Notes under the pieces: model-generated
The model's database searches: none
Seen by the model: the letters and a program-made list of their open reading frames with translations, nothing else
Told to the model about the DNA's origin: nothing
Shown: positions 30,878 to 39,652 of the stretch, one piece after another
Position numbering within the stretch: position 1 is the first letter of the stretch
Layout: the number at the start of each line of letters is the position of its first letter
Position numbers and translations under genes: made by a program
Virus record (IMG/VR): IMGVR_UViG_3300029319_000001
Strand: one strand, 5' to 3'
DNA from: a virus
Lineage: Duplodnaviria > Caudoviricetes
Length of the DNA stretch: 64,000 nt

Positions 30878-30900
30878 GGGGGTTAAATACCCCCTTCTTT
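30878..30900 (+). terminator. Terminator-like hairpin, followed by late promoter ATAAATA (30902-30908)
   Basis: GGGGGT-TAAAT-ACCCCC then TTCTTT. Confidence 0.6.
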
Positions 30901-30938
30901 CATAAATACAACTAACGAACCACCATTCGGCTTAAACA

Positions 30939-31817
30939 ATGGCTAATTATCAAACATATAAAAAGATACAGGGGGATCAGGCAGTCATACCAGACTCGCT
31001 AGGTCCAGGACAGATTACTGGTCTATCGACTGGTATCCAATGCCGAAGTTTCTACTTCAACTGTTGTAATAACAACCCATGTAACGGAGGATGTTGTTAT
31101 CAGTGGACTGTACCTTCTAAAGTTCAAACAATTCAATTTGAAATTATATCTGGTGGAGGATCTGGTGGTCCTGCTAGATGCTGTGGTGGTGGACCTGGTA
31201 CTGGTGGTGGCGGTGGTGGTTACGCTACTAAGACAGTCTATGCAAACTGCGGTCACTTTACTGCAGGTGCTACACAATATACTATCTGTGCTGGTTCGAG
31301 TAGTAGGTGTTCATGTTGCGGATGCTGTAACGGTAGACGAGGTTGTGGATTTTACGGATGTCCTTCTTATGTTCAGGGTGGTGGACTAGGAACTTTCTGT
31401 ATGCAAGGTGGAACATATGGTGTTAAGCGTTGTACAAACAGTTGCTATACTTGTCTTAAGCAAGCACAAAGGAACAACTGCTTCAACGGTTGCTCTGCAT
31501 CATGGCCTGATTCACAAGATACAGCATCAGGAATGAACAATGAGAACGAATTCTATATTTGTGGTGTTTCTGGTGGAGAATTAAAGCATGTTAACTGTCA
31601 CTCTGGTGCATGGTCAATTGCTTCTACACCTCCAGGTCCTTGGTCTGCTAATAGAAACTTTGGAACAAACCGTTGTTCATATGGTAATGCTAGAGGATGT
31701 TGCTCATCACCATCTATCTGGCCTGGTGGAGGAGGACACTCTGGATCTACTCAAGGTGGACAATGTTGGGGAGATCACGGTAACGGCGGTTTAGTTGTTG
31801 TGACTTCATGGTCTTAA
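30939..31817 (+). CDS. Cys/Gly-rich fibre-like protein
   Basis: MANYQTYKKI head, GGGGGGY and GGGGHSG..GGLVVVT glycine-rich domain, about 29 Cys. Confidence 0.6.
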   Translation: MANYQTYKKIQGDQAVIPDSLGPGQITGLSTGIQCRSFYFNCCNNNPCNGGCCYQWTVPSKVQTIQFEIISGGGSGGPARCCGGGPGTGGGGGGYATKTVYANCGHFTAGATQYTICAGSSSRCSCCGCCNGRRGCGFYGCPSYVQGGGLGTFCMQGGTYGVKRCTNSCYTCLKQAQRNNCFNGCSASWPDSQDTASGMNNENEFYICGVSGGELKHVNCHSGAWSIASTPPGPWSANRNFGTNRCSYGNARGCCSSPSIWPGGGGHSGSTQGGQCWGDHGNGGLVVVTSWS

Positions 31818-31818
31818 T

Positions 31819-31826
31819 TATAAATA
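31819..31826 (+). promoter_or_regulatory. T4-type late promoter
   Basis: TATAAATA, intergenic. Confidence 0.7.
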
Positions 31827-31857
31827 ACAAATGAGGGAGTACACCTGAACAAAACCA

Positions 31858-32628
31858 ATGGCAAACATTACTAAGACAGTATTATTTCCTGTTCCTACAG
31901 TATGGATGGGACAGGAACAAGACACAACAAGGACAGGAATCTGTACTTATGTCGGACCACAGCATATAACATTCTGGTACGAGAATAAAGGAACAGATGC
32001 TAATCCTGACTGGCATCAAATGCATTCTTTTGAGACTGGAACATGTGATAGAGATGCTCCTGTAGGAAGTAAGATAGTTACTTTGGATGCAGATGTATAT
32101 CCTATGAATGCTATCGCATGTTATGGTGGTATTGAAGGTCCTTATCAGATAGAAACTCCTTCAGGTCCTGACTCAGAACCTAATCCTATTCTTAATGACT
32201 ATCTTCACTTCCAAGAAGTGTTTGATATGCTTTCATTAGAGTATGATCATGTTAATAATAAGTGGCCAAGAGATCCTGTCTTCTCTAGTGATGCTACAGA
32301 GTGGAATAATAACCGCAGTGAAGGAAATGGTCCTGAGGATGCTACAACATTTGGTTGGGAGTGGGTAAGAAAAACTAGAGATAATCTTTTAGCTCAGTCT
32401 GATGATAAGATTCCTAATGATGCTCCTTCAAGTTTTGCTTCACCTTGGAAAGAATATCGTCAGAAATTAAGAGACCTTCCTTCAACTTGGGCAGGTGTAG
32501 GTACAGAAACATATAGAATTGTATGGCCACACGAACCAGATGATACTCCTAACAGTGGAGATGCTGCAGACACTAGTGATTTCTGGAGTGGTGGTACATC
32601 TAAAGCACCAGAGGATATAGATCCTTAA
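31858..32628 (+). CDS. Tail fibre assembly chaperone-like protein
   Basis: WVRKTRDNLLAQSD...WKEYRQKLRDLP...WP. Confidence 0.7.
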   Translation: MANITKTVLFPVPTVWMGQEQDTTRTGICTYVGPQHITFWYENKGTDANPDWHQMHSFETGTCDRDAPVGSKIVTLDADVYPMNAIACYGGIEGPYQIETPSGPDSEPNPILNDYLHFQEVFDMLSLEYDHVNNKWPRDPVFSSDATEWNNNRSEGNGPEDATTFGWEWVRKTRDNLLAQSDDKIPNDAPSSFASPWKEYRQKLRDLPSTWAGVGTETYRIVWPHEPDDTPNSGDAADTSDFWSGGTSKAPEDIDP

Positions 32629-32711
32629 GGATGCAAAACGAAATGTAACTTTTTATTCCAAAATTTCGGGAAAAATTTTCTCGGAATTTTTTTGTCTCTG
32701 AGGATTTTATT

Positions 32712-33536
32712 ATGTTTGAACTGAACTCTAATCGTAAAGAAAAAGTAATTAGAAATATTGGTCCTGATCAGAGGACTGCATTGGTCGTAGATAATTTCTA
32801 TGATAATCCTAGTGAACTAAAAGAACTAGCAGTGCAAGCAGAGAAGTGGAGAAGAAATGAATTAATTCAAGGTCTTCCAGGTGAGAGATGTTATATAGAA
32901 ACAACAGAATTTAAAAAAAATACTAAAGAATTATTTGATAAGTATTGTTATGATGAGAGTCTATGGAAACATAGAATGACTTATCAAATGTATGAAGCTC
33001 ACTGGGATAACGCAGGGTTCTTATGTAATGTAATGAATTCTGATTCTCTCAATGCAAATCCTTTTTTAAGTTTACCTCATCAAGATGCATACTCTCAACC
33101 ATATCAAGATGATAGTGGTGGGTATACAGATGAGCATGGTGTTACTCGTGGTATAGTTGGACAATGTACTCAATCAACTTTTGATTATAATAGATTTGGT
33201 ATAGTAATCTTTCTAAATTATCCTGATGAGTGTCATGGTGGTACTAATTTGTATTCTTACAAAGGACAAATGACATTACCTTATAATGTCATGGATTATA
33301 TTGATAAACCAGAAAATTTTGATGAGTTAGTTGGGATGGATCATAGTAAGGTATGGGATTACATTCATAAATGGATGCGTGGAGGATACGATGGAGTATG
33401 GAAGGTTGAACATGAGTTTGAAATGGTGTATAATAGAATGATAATGTATGAATCTGATGTCTTACACTCCCCAAACGCTGATCCCACCATGTTTAAGGAT
33501 GGGTATGACCGTATAAACCAAGTTGTTTTTTTATGA
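32712..33536 (+). CDS. DUF6445-like 2OG-Fe(II) oxygenase-like protein
   Basis: VVDNFYDNP, LPHQD, GGTNLY, YNRMIMYESDVLHS. Confidence 0.7.
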   Translation: MFELNSNRKEKVIRNIGPDQRTALVVDNFYDNPSELKELAVQAEKWRRNELIQGLPGERCYIETTEFKKNTKELFDKYCYDESLWKHRMTYQMYEAHWDNAGFLCNVMNSDSLNANPFLSLPHQDAYSQPYQDDSGGYTDEHGVTRGIVGQCTQSTFDYNRFGIVIFLNYPDECHGGTNLYSYKGQMTLPYNVMDYIDKPENFDELVGMDHSKVWDYIHKWMRGGYDGVWKVEHEFEMVYNRMIMYESDVLHSPNADPTMFKDGYDRINQVVFL

Positions 33537-33561
33537 CTATATAAATTGTTGATGTGATAGT

Positions 33562-34539
33562 ATGAGATCTAAAGTATTCTTTATTAATGGTGGTGCAGGT
33601 AGAGTGGTTGCTTCTATCCCTGCATTAGAAAAATATGCTGAAACTCATGACGATTTTATAATTGTCTGTGAGGGTGGTATGAATTTCTACAGAGGACATC
33701 CTGTATTACATAAGTATGCCTATGATAATTGGCATAAAGGATTGTTTGAAGATAAGATTAAAGATAGAGATTGTGTAACACCAGAACCATATAGACAGTG
33801 GCATTATTATAATCAGAAGTGTAGTCTTTCTCAAGCATTTGATATAGAAATCAATGGGTTAGATGAACCTAGAGAATTACCAGCACCCAATATTACCTTG
33901 GCAAAAGGTGAGGGTATTCAAGGAATGCAGTTGGTTGATGAAGCAATAAACACTACAGGAAAAGAAAAAGTTATAGTTATTCAACCATTTGGTAGAGGTA
34001 TTATGGATACTGGTGGGTATATGTTTGACCCCACCTCTCGTAGTTTTAATCTATCAGATATTAGTACTATCATTAATAATTTAAAGAAAGATTATTGTGT
34101 GATTGTAATGTCTGAGTTCCCATTCCAGACAGAAGAGGGAGAATCTAAGGATGCATATATTGTTCCTAACATAGAAGACATTCGTATCTGGGCAAGTATC
34201 ATAGACAGAGCAGATCATTTCTTAGGATGTGATTCTGTTGGTCAACATATTGCTAAGGCAGTTGGTAGCACAGTTACTGCTGTGATTGGATCAACATATC
34301 CAATCAACATATCCTATCCAGATGATCCAAAATTTGATATAATAGATCTAGGTGAAGATAGAAGAACTTTTTCTCCTATCAGATTAACTATGGAAGATTA
34401 TCAAGACATACAGAATGATGAGTGTATGTCTATGACTGAGAAAGATATCTCTGCAGTAATTAAATCGTGTAGAGATAAACTTGGCAAATCTGTCAAGAAA
34501 AAAGTTGTACAAGCAGAAACTAAGGGGTTTGGTAAATGA
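33562..34539 (+). CDS. Glycosyltransferase, GT9 (heptosyltransferase)-like
   Basis: INGGAGRV start; ADHFLGCDSVGQHIAKAVG resembles the GT9 nucleotide-binding motif. Confidence 0.55.
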   Translation: MRSKVFFINGGAGRVVASIPALEKYAETHDDFIIVCEGGMNFYRGHPVLHKYAYDNWHKGLFEDKIKDRDCVTPEPYRQWHYYNQKCSLSQAFDIEINGLDEPRELPAPNITLAKGEGIQGMQLVDEAINTTGKEKVIVIQPFGRGIMDTGGYMFDPTSRSFNLSDISTIINNLKKDYCVIVMSEFPFQTEEGESKDAYIVPNIEDIRIWASIIDRADHFLGCDSVGQHIAKAVGSTVTAVIGSTYPINISYPDDPKFDIIDLGEDRRTFSPIRLTMEDYQDIQNDECMSMTEKDISAVIKSCRDKLGKSVKKKVVQAETKGFGK

Positions 34540-36356
34540 CACAGTGGATTGCTGGCATAGCAAGAGGACATAACGGAGGGGTCTGTCTTCTTAAAGATGG
34601 TGAAATTGTATTTGCTGTAGAAGAGGAGAGAATTTCTCGTCGCAAGTATGATGGTGCTCCTCTTGCATCTATGATGTTAATCAAAAAGTATACTGATAAA
34701 CTAGATTATCTTGTCATTGCTCACACTCAGATGACAGCAAAAGATGCACCTGTATTAGAATATTCTTTTGAATCTGCCTATGTAGGTCTTGCAAGAAAGA
34801 TGGGATTGATCGATGATAATTCTGGACAAGATCCAAAGAAAGGACATTCGCAAGTTATAGACTTAGGAAATATACATCATAAGTTACATGCTGCATGTGC
34901 ATTCTATCGTTCTGGATTTACTGAGGCAGCAGCATTAGTAGTTGATGGTGCAGGTACATTCATTGACTTCTCTATCATGGATAGACAGGAGACAGTATGG
35001 GAAGTTGAATCTATATTTGATTGTACTTATCCTAAAGAAATTAATACTGTATGGAAACATCTAGGTACTAGAGGACCTGCTACTACAGCAACCATTCCTG
35101 ACATGGAAGCAAAGGAAGTTTATCCTACTGAGAAAGGAACCTTTGAGTATCTACTTGACGAGACTTGTGGTATTGTGAAAGCATACGAGGCAGTTACACA
35201 GTATTGTGGATGGCATGCTATTGAGGCAGGTAAAACTATGGGTCTATTTCCATATGGTAAACCTAATCCAGAAGTACCTAAGATCTTTAAGAAATTTGGT
35301 ACGGTAGATAGGAATGTAATGATACCTACCTATCCAAATGCAGGACATGTTAATGTGCATGAGTATCCTTTCCTTGATGATCATCCAGATCCTAATGATC
35401 CTAATTCAGATCTAACTAAGTATCAGAACAGAAGAGACTTAGCATATGCAGTACAAACTGAAACACAAGAAGCAGTCTTAAAACTTATTCGTAAAGCAGT
35501 TGAGATGACTGGTAAAAAGAATATAGTATTGTCTGGTGGGTATGGGTTGAACTGTGTTGCAAACTACTGGTATCTTGAGCAGTTAAAAGATGAGGGCATC
35601 AATTTATTTGTAGAACCAGTTAGTAATGATGCTGGTACTGCTATTGGAGCAGCATTATATATTTACTATAAAACATTGCAACCTTTTCAAGTTGAAGATG
35701 CACTTAAACCTCAGATAAACACACTATATCTCGGTCCTGAATACAATTATTCTTTAGATGATATTGTAGATGTTAGTGATAAGTATAATGGTGTTGTTAA
35801 TTATGCTAATCATGAAGATGTAATTAAGTTGATTACCTCTGAAAATATTGTAGCAATGTTCCAAGGTAAGTCTGAGTCAGGTCCTCGTGCTCTTGGTAAT
35901 CGTTCTATATTATATGATCCTCGTGATCCAGAAGGCAAAGACTTTGTTAATACTGTCAAGCATCGTGAATACTTCAGACCATTTGCAGGTACTATTCTAA
36001 AGGAACATGTTCATGATTGGTTTGATCTTCGTGGTATGGATGAGACTCCATTCATGATGTATGCTGTTGAATGTAAACCAGGTATTGAAGAAAAGATTCC
36101 TGCTATTATTCATGTAGATAAGACATGTAGAATTCAAACTGTAACAAAGGAACAAAATAAAAATTACCATGAATTAATTAGTGAGTTTTATAAACAAACT
36201 GGTTGTCCTATCCTGTTCAATACTTCTTTTAATTTGGGTGGTGAACCCTTAGTTGAAACATTAGAAGATGCTGTCAAAACTATTGCCAATAGTGACATTG
36301 AATATCTTTACTTACCTGAGTATGGTAAACTAATTACTATTAAAAATGATAAGTAA
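34536..36356 (+). CDS. Carbamoyltransferase (NodU/CmcH family)
   Basis: AVEEERISRRK, HHKLHA, VVDGAG, SGGYGLNCVAN, DAGTAIGAA, GPRALGNRS, FRPFAG, NTSFNLGGEPLV. Confidence 0.92.
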   Translation: MTQWIAGIARGHNGGVCLLKDGEIVFAVEEERISRRKYDGAPLASMMLIKKYTDKLDYLVIAHTQMTAKDAPVLEYSFESAYVGLARKMGLIDDNSGQDPKKGHSQVIDLGNIHHKLHAACAFYRSGFTEAAALVVDGAGTFIDFSIMDRQETVWEVESIFDCTYPKEINTVWKHLGTRGPATTATIPDMEAKEVYPTEKGTFEYLLDETCGIVKAYEAVTQYCGWHAIEAGKTMGLFPYGKPNPEVPKIFKKFGTVDRNVMIPTYPNAGHVNVHEYPFLDDHPDPNDPNSDLTKYQNRRDLAYAVQTETQEAVLKLIRKAVEMTGKKNIVLSGGYGLNCVANYWYLEQLKDEGINLFVEPVSNDAGTAIGAALYIYYKTLQPFQVEDALKPQINTLYLGPEYNYSLDDIVDVSDKYNGVVNYANHEDVIKLITSENIVAMFQGKSESGPRALGNRSILYDPRDPEGKDFVNTVKHREYFRPFAGTILKEHVHDWFDLRGMDETPFMMYAVECKPGIEEKIPAIIHVDKTCRIQTVTKEQNKNYHELISEFYKQTGCPILFNTSFNLGGEPLVETLEDAVKTIANSDIEYLYLPEYGKLITIKNDK

Positions 36357-36978
36357 TGTAATGGTCATTGATGACTTTATTGATCTAGAATACCAAGAAA
36401 AAATTAAAACTACTCTATTTGGTGAGGAAAGACCTGACATGGAACAGTTTCCTTGGTATTATCTCGAAGATGTTACAGCATCTGGTGATAGTGATAGTCA
36501 GCATAGACCAGGACTTTCTCATGTATATGTTGACTTGCCTTATGAAGATGAAAGAGATTTAAAAACTGGAACTATAAACTCTGATGTTTTAGGAGGTCAT
36601 ATAATAAGTGATTACCATGAATTATTTGTTCCCTTACTTGAAACAGTTGTTCGTAAACTTGGATTAAATCAGGCAAAAGTTCTTCAAGGTCGTTCTTTTT
36701 TACAGTTTCCAATAAACACAGATGGAACTATCGACAAACCACACATAGATATTCATGGTAATAACAAATTTGTAGTTGCACTTTACTATGTTTGTGATAG
36801 TGATGGTGATACAGTTATATACAATGAAAAAGTACAATCAGAAAAATATACTATCAAGCAGAGAGTCACACCAAAACAAGGTAGAATAGTTATATTTGAT
36901 GGTCATCTATATCACACAGCAGAGCAACCTACAAAAAGTAATACTAGATGTATTGTAAATTATAATCTAGGACTATGA
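36346..36978 (+). CDS. 2OG-Fe(II) oxygenase
   Basis: PHID, LYYVCDSDGDT, PKQGRIVIFDG, YHTA. Confidence 0.8.
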   Translation: MISNVMVIDDFIDLEYQEKIKTTLFGEERPDMEQFPWYYLEDVTASGDSDSQHRPGLSHVYVDLPYEDERDLKTGTINSDVLGGHIISDYHELFVPLLETVVRKLGLNQAKVLQGRSFLQFPINTDGTIDKPHIDIHGNNKFVVALYYVCDSDGDTVIYNEKVQSEKYTIKQRVTPKQGRIVIFDGHLYHTAEQPTKSNTRCIVNYNLGL

Positions 36979-37406
36979 GTAAACCATTTATACATGAAAA
37001 AAAATGGATCAAAGTTTTTGTTAATGGAACCTTTGATCTCTTACATCCTGGTCACATAGCACTACTAAATTATGCTAAATCTTTAGGAGATTATGTTGTT
37101 GTTGGTATTGATACTGATGACAGAGTGAAAGAAAAAAAGGGAAGCACTCGTCCAATATATAATCAGGAAGACAGAGGGATAATGCTTGTCTCTCTATCAT
37201 CAGTTGATGAAGTGACATACTTTGATAGTGATGAGTCTCTTGAGGCATTGATAAAGGATGTCAAACCTGATATAATGATAGTTGGTTCCGATTGGAAAGG
37301 TAAGTCAGTCATTGGTAAACACAGTGCTGGCAAATTAATATTCTTTGATAGGATTGAAAAGTATGCAACTAGCAAGACAATACAATGTATTATTGATAGG
37401 GGATAG
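36975..37406 (+). CDS. Nucleotidyltransferase, RfaE domain II/HldC-like
   Basis: FVNGTFDLLHPGH, GIDTD, KGSTRPI, PDIMIVGSDW. Confidence 0.8.
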   Translation: MSKPFIHEKKWIKVFVNGTFDLLHPGHIALLNYAKSLGDYVVVGIDTDDRVKEKKGSTRPIYNQEDRGIMLVSLSSVDEVTYFDSDESLEALIKDVKPDIMIVGSDWKGKSVIGKHSAGKLIFFDRIEKYATSKTIQCIIDRG

Positions 37407-38145
37407 TTGCACCGATGAATGGGTGTACGGATCTTGTGATCGTTTAAGTCCAGAAGGACCTATCCCTGTTATGAAATATCAGGAGAAGCAAACTGCACCT
37501 GGTATGGCAGCAAATGTCAATGAAAATTTAAAATCTCTTGGTATTAATGTAAATTTTATAACAAACAAAGAAAAGATAACAAAGACTAGGTATGTACATC
37601 AGAGATCTAATCAACAGGTCATGCGTCTTGATACTGAACCAGAAATAGAACCTATTAAACAACATCAAATTATGATTGCAGCGATGCATCAACAGTATGA
37701 TGCTATAGTTGTATCAGATTACAATAAAGGATTTGTAGATTTGAAATTGATTGAAGATCTTGCATTAAAAAATCCACAGATAAAAGTTTTTGTTGATACT
37801 AAATCAACTAGACCTCCGAGGAGAGATAATATAATATACAAAATTAATCAGAAAGAATTTGAAGCATTACAACCAGATCATATTCCCAACTCTAGTAATT
37901 GTATAGTTACTATGGGTGCTAACGGTGCTCTATGGAATAAGAAACAATTCCAAGTGCCTGTTGCTAGAACATTTGATGTTACTGGTGCAGGAGATACATT
38001 CTTAGCAGCATTAGTCTTCTATTATATACAATTAGATTCTATGGATGAGTCTATTGCTTTTGCTAACAAAGCAGCAGCAATAGCAGTTGAAAATCCTGGT
38101 ACATACACATTAACAATGGAGGATGTTGATGAGATATTGCGTTGA
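37363..38145 (+). CDS. PfkB-family sugar kinase, RfaE domain I/HldA-like
   Basis: IGDSCTD, RLSPEGPIPV, PGMAANV, VSDYNKG, DVTGAGDT. Confidence 0.85.
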   Translation: MQLARQYNVLLIGDSCTDEWVYGSCDRLSPEGPIPVMKYQEKQTAPGMAANVNENLKSLGINVNFITNKEKITKTRYVHQRSNQQVMRLDTEPEIEPIKQHQIMIAAMHQQYDAIVVSDYNKGFVDLKLIEDLALKNPQIKVFVDTKSTRPPRRDNIIYKINQKEFEALQPDHIPNSSNCIVTMGANGALWNKKQFQVPVARTFDVTGAGDTFLAALVFYYIQLDSMDESIAFANKAAAIAVENPGTYTLTMEDVDEILR

Positions 38146-38476
38146 TATTGATAGCACTATCTGTACACCTGGTACATGTGGAAATTGTGTCTATGAGGGT
38201 TCTACTCCTAAGAAAGATCGGATAGAAAAAATTAATAAATTATATGAAGAGGGTCATTATATAATATACTTTACTGCTCGTGCTATGGGTAGGTCTAGTA
38301 TGCTTCCACATCATGAGGCAAAACAAAAGGCAGAAGAGTTATTAAAACCACTAACTAAATGTCAACTAGATATATGGGGATGCAAATACCATGAATTAAT
38401 CATGGGTAAACCACATGCTGATATTTTTATTGATGATAAAGCAATGAATAGTGAGGATTATTTTGAAGGAAACTAA
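38129..38476 (+). CDS. HAD-family phosphatase (capsule biosynthesis type)
   Basis: YCVDIDSTIC, YFTAR, MGKPHADIFIDDKA. Confidence 0.75.
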   Translation: MRYCVDIDSTICTPGTCGNCVYEGSTPKKDRIEKINKLYEEGHYIIYFTARAMGRSSMLPHHEAKQKAEELLKPLTKCQLDIWGCKYHELIMGKPHADIFIDDKAMNSEDYFEGN

Positions 38477-38825
38477 ACCAAAATTTGTACCAAAAGGATG
38501 GGGTTGGGAGAAATGGATTGCCAACTCACCTGAGTATTGTGGAAAGTTACTCTTCATTAAGAAGAACCACAGATGCTCATGGCATTATCATATACTAAAG
38601 GATGAAACTTTTTATTTACAGTCAGGTAAGATTCATTTATTCTATGGTAAGACAGATAATTTAGAGGATGCGAAGACAATGATACTAGAACCAGGCGATA
38701 GTTTCCACTGTTGTAGAGAGACTAGACATCAGATGGTTGCAATAGAAGATGCAGAACTATTTGAATTTTCTACACAACATTTTGACTCTGATTCAAACAG
38801 AGTTATACCTGGAGATACTCTTTAA
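38451..38825 (+). CDS. Cupin sugar isomerase-like protein
   Basis: VPKGWGWEKWI, CSWHYH..KDETF, H..RETRH, EFST; exact start uncertain. Confidence 0.7.
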   Translation: MRIILKETKPKFVPKGWGWEKWIANSPEYCGKLLFIKKNHRCSWHYHILKDETFYLQSGKIHLFYGKTDNLEDAKTMILEPGDSFHCCRETRHQMVAIEDAELFEFSTQHFDSDSNRVIPGDTL

Positions 38826-39582
38826 CTGTTTTAAATTTATAATCTTTTAACCATTTCATGTCAGCTATGGTATAATATTGATACTTACCCTTAAGAGGAG
38901 GCGGAAATGGTATTTGAGTCGATTGGCACCCAGTTTTTAGTGAAACTAATTGAGCTACAGTGTCAATTGTTATTGGCGACCCTGTGCCAAGATCGTATAT
39001 GCCCGAACCTGCAGTGTTCGATAACACAACATTTACAAGATCCCCAACCCACACATAGTCACGATATATCTGATCGCTTCCCTCAAATGGATGTATCACT
39101 CCCACAGAGGACTGCCACTGAAACTGAGAGACCAAACTTGCCATAGATCCTTTATGGTATTCACCTGATCCATATACATTGAAGTATCTAAACCCTTGAA
39201 TATGTACGAACCTTTCAATGTTATCTAAGACCCAGTAATCTACTGTTGCTTTAGATAATGCGTAGTAATTCAAGGGATTTATAATGCCTTGTTGATTACC
39301 GTAGACAGACGCTGAACTGGCATACTTAACAGGGATACTATACTCAATTGCCTTCTCAAATAATTTAATACTATAATCAATATTATATTTGTGTATCATC
39401 CCAAGGTCTTTGTTTGTCGTAGAGGACAAAGCACCCTGATGGATGATCATATCAACTTCATCCCATCTATTAAATTTCTCTATAAATTCTTCGCAATTAT
39501 CTAGATCTATTTCAAGGACATTTTCTAGTGACCTTACAAAGTGTCTTCCGATAAAACCACCAGCACCAGTTACGATATTCAT
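38803..39582 (-). CDS. hldD: ADP-L-glycero-D-manno-heptose 6-epimerase
   Basis: IVTGAGGFIG, IHQGALSST, YASSASVYG, PLNYYALSK, FRYFNVYG.GE.HKGSMAS, RDYVWV. Confidence 0.85.
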   Translation of the reverse strand: MNIVTGAGGFIGRHFVRSLENVLEIDLDNCEEFIEKFNRWDEVDMIIHQGALSSTTNKDLGMIHKYNIDYSIKLFEKAIEYSIPVKYASSASVYGNQQGIINPLNYYALSKATVDYWVLDNIERFVHIQGFRYFNVYGSGEYHKGSMASLVSQFQWQSSVGVIHPFEGSDQIYRDYVWVGDLVNVVLSNTAGSGIYDLGTGSPITIDTVAQLVSLKTGCQSTQIPFPPPLKGKYQYYTIADMKWLKDYKFKTVKEYLQV

Positions 39583-39652
39583 TACGATAATCTTTCTAGT
39601 ATATATTATAGCACACCTAAATACTAAAAAAGTGTATTCTGTTGCGTGAGAC

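Noticed and set aside
31180-31230. GGT-rich tandem repeats
   Set aside because: Explained by poly-glycine codons of the fibre-like protein; the GAT runs at 11636-11660 and 17668-17683 are likewise poly-Asp.
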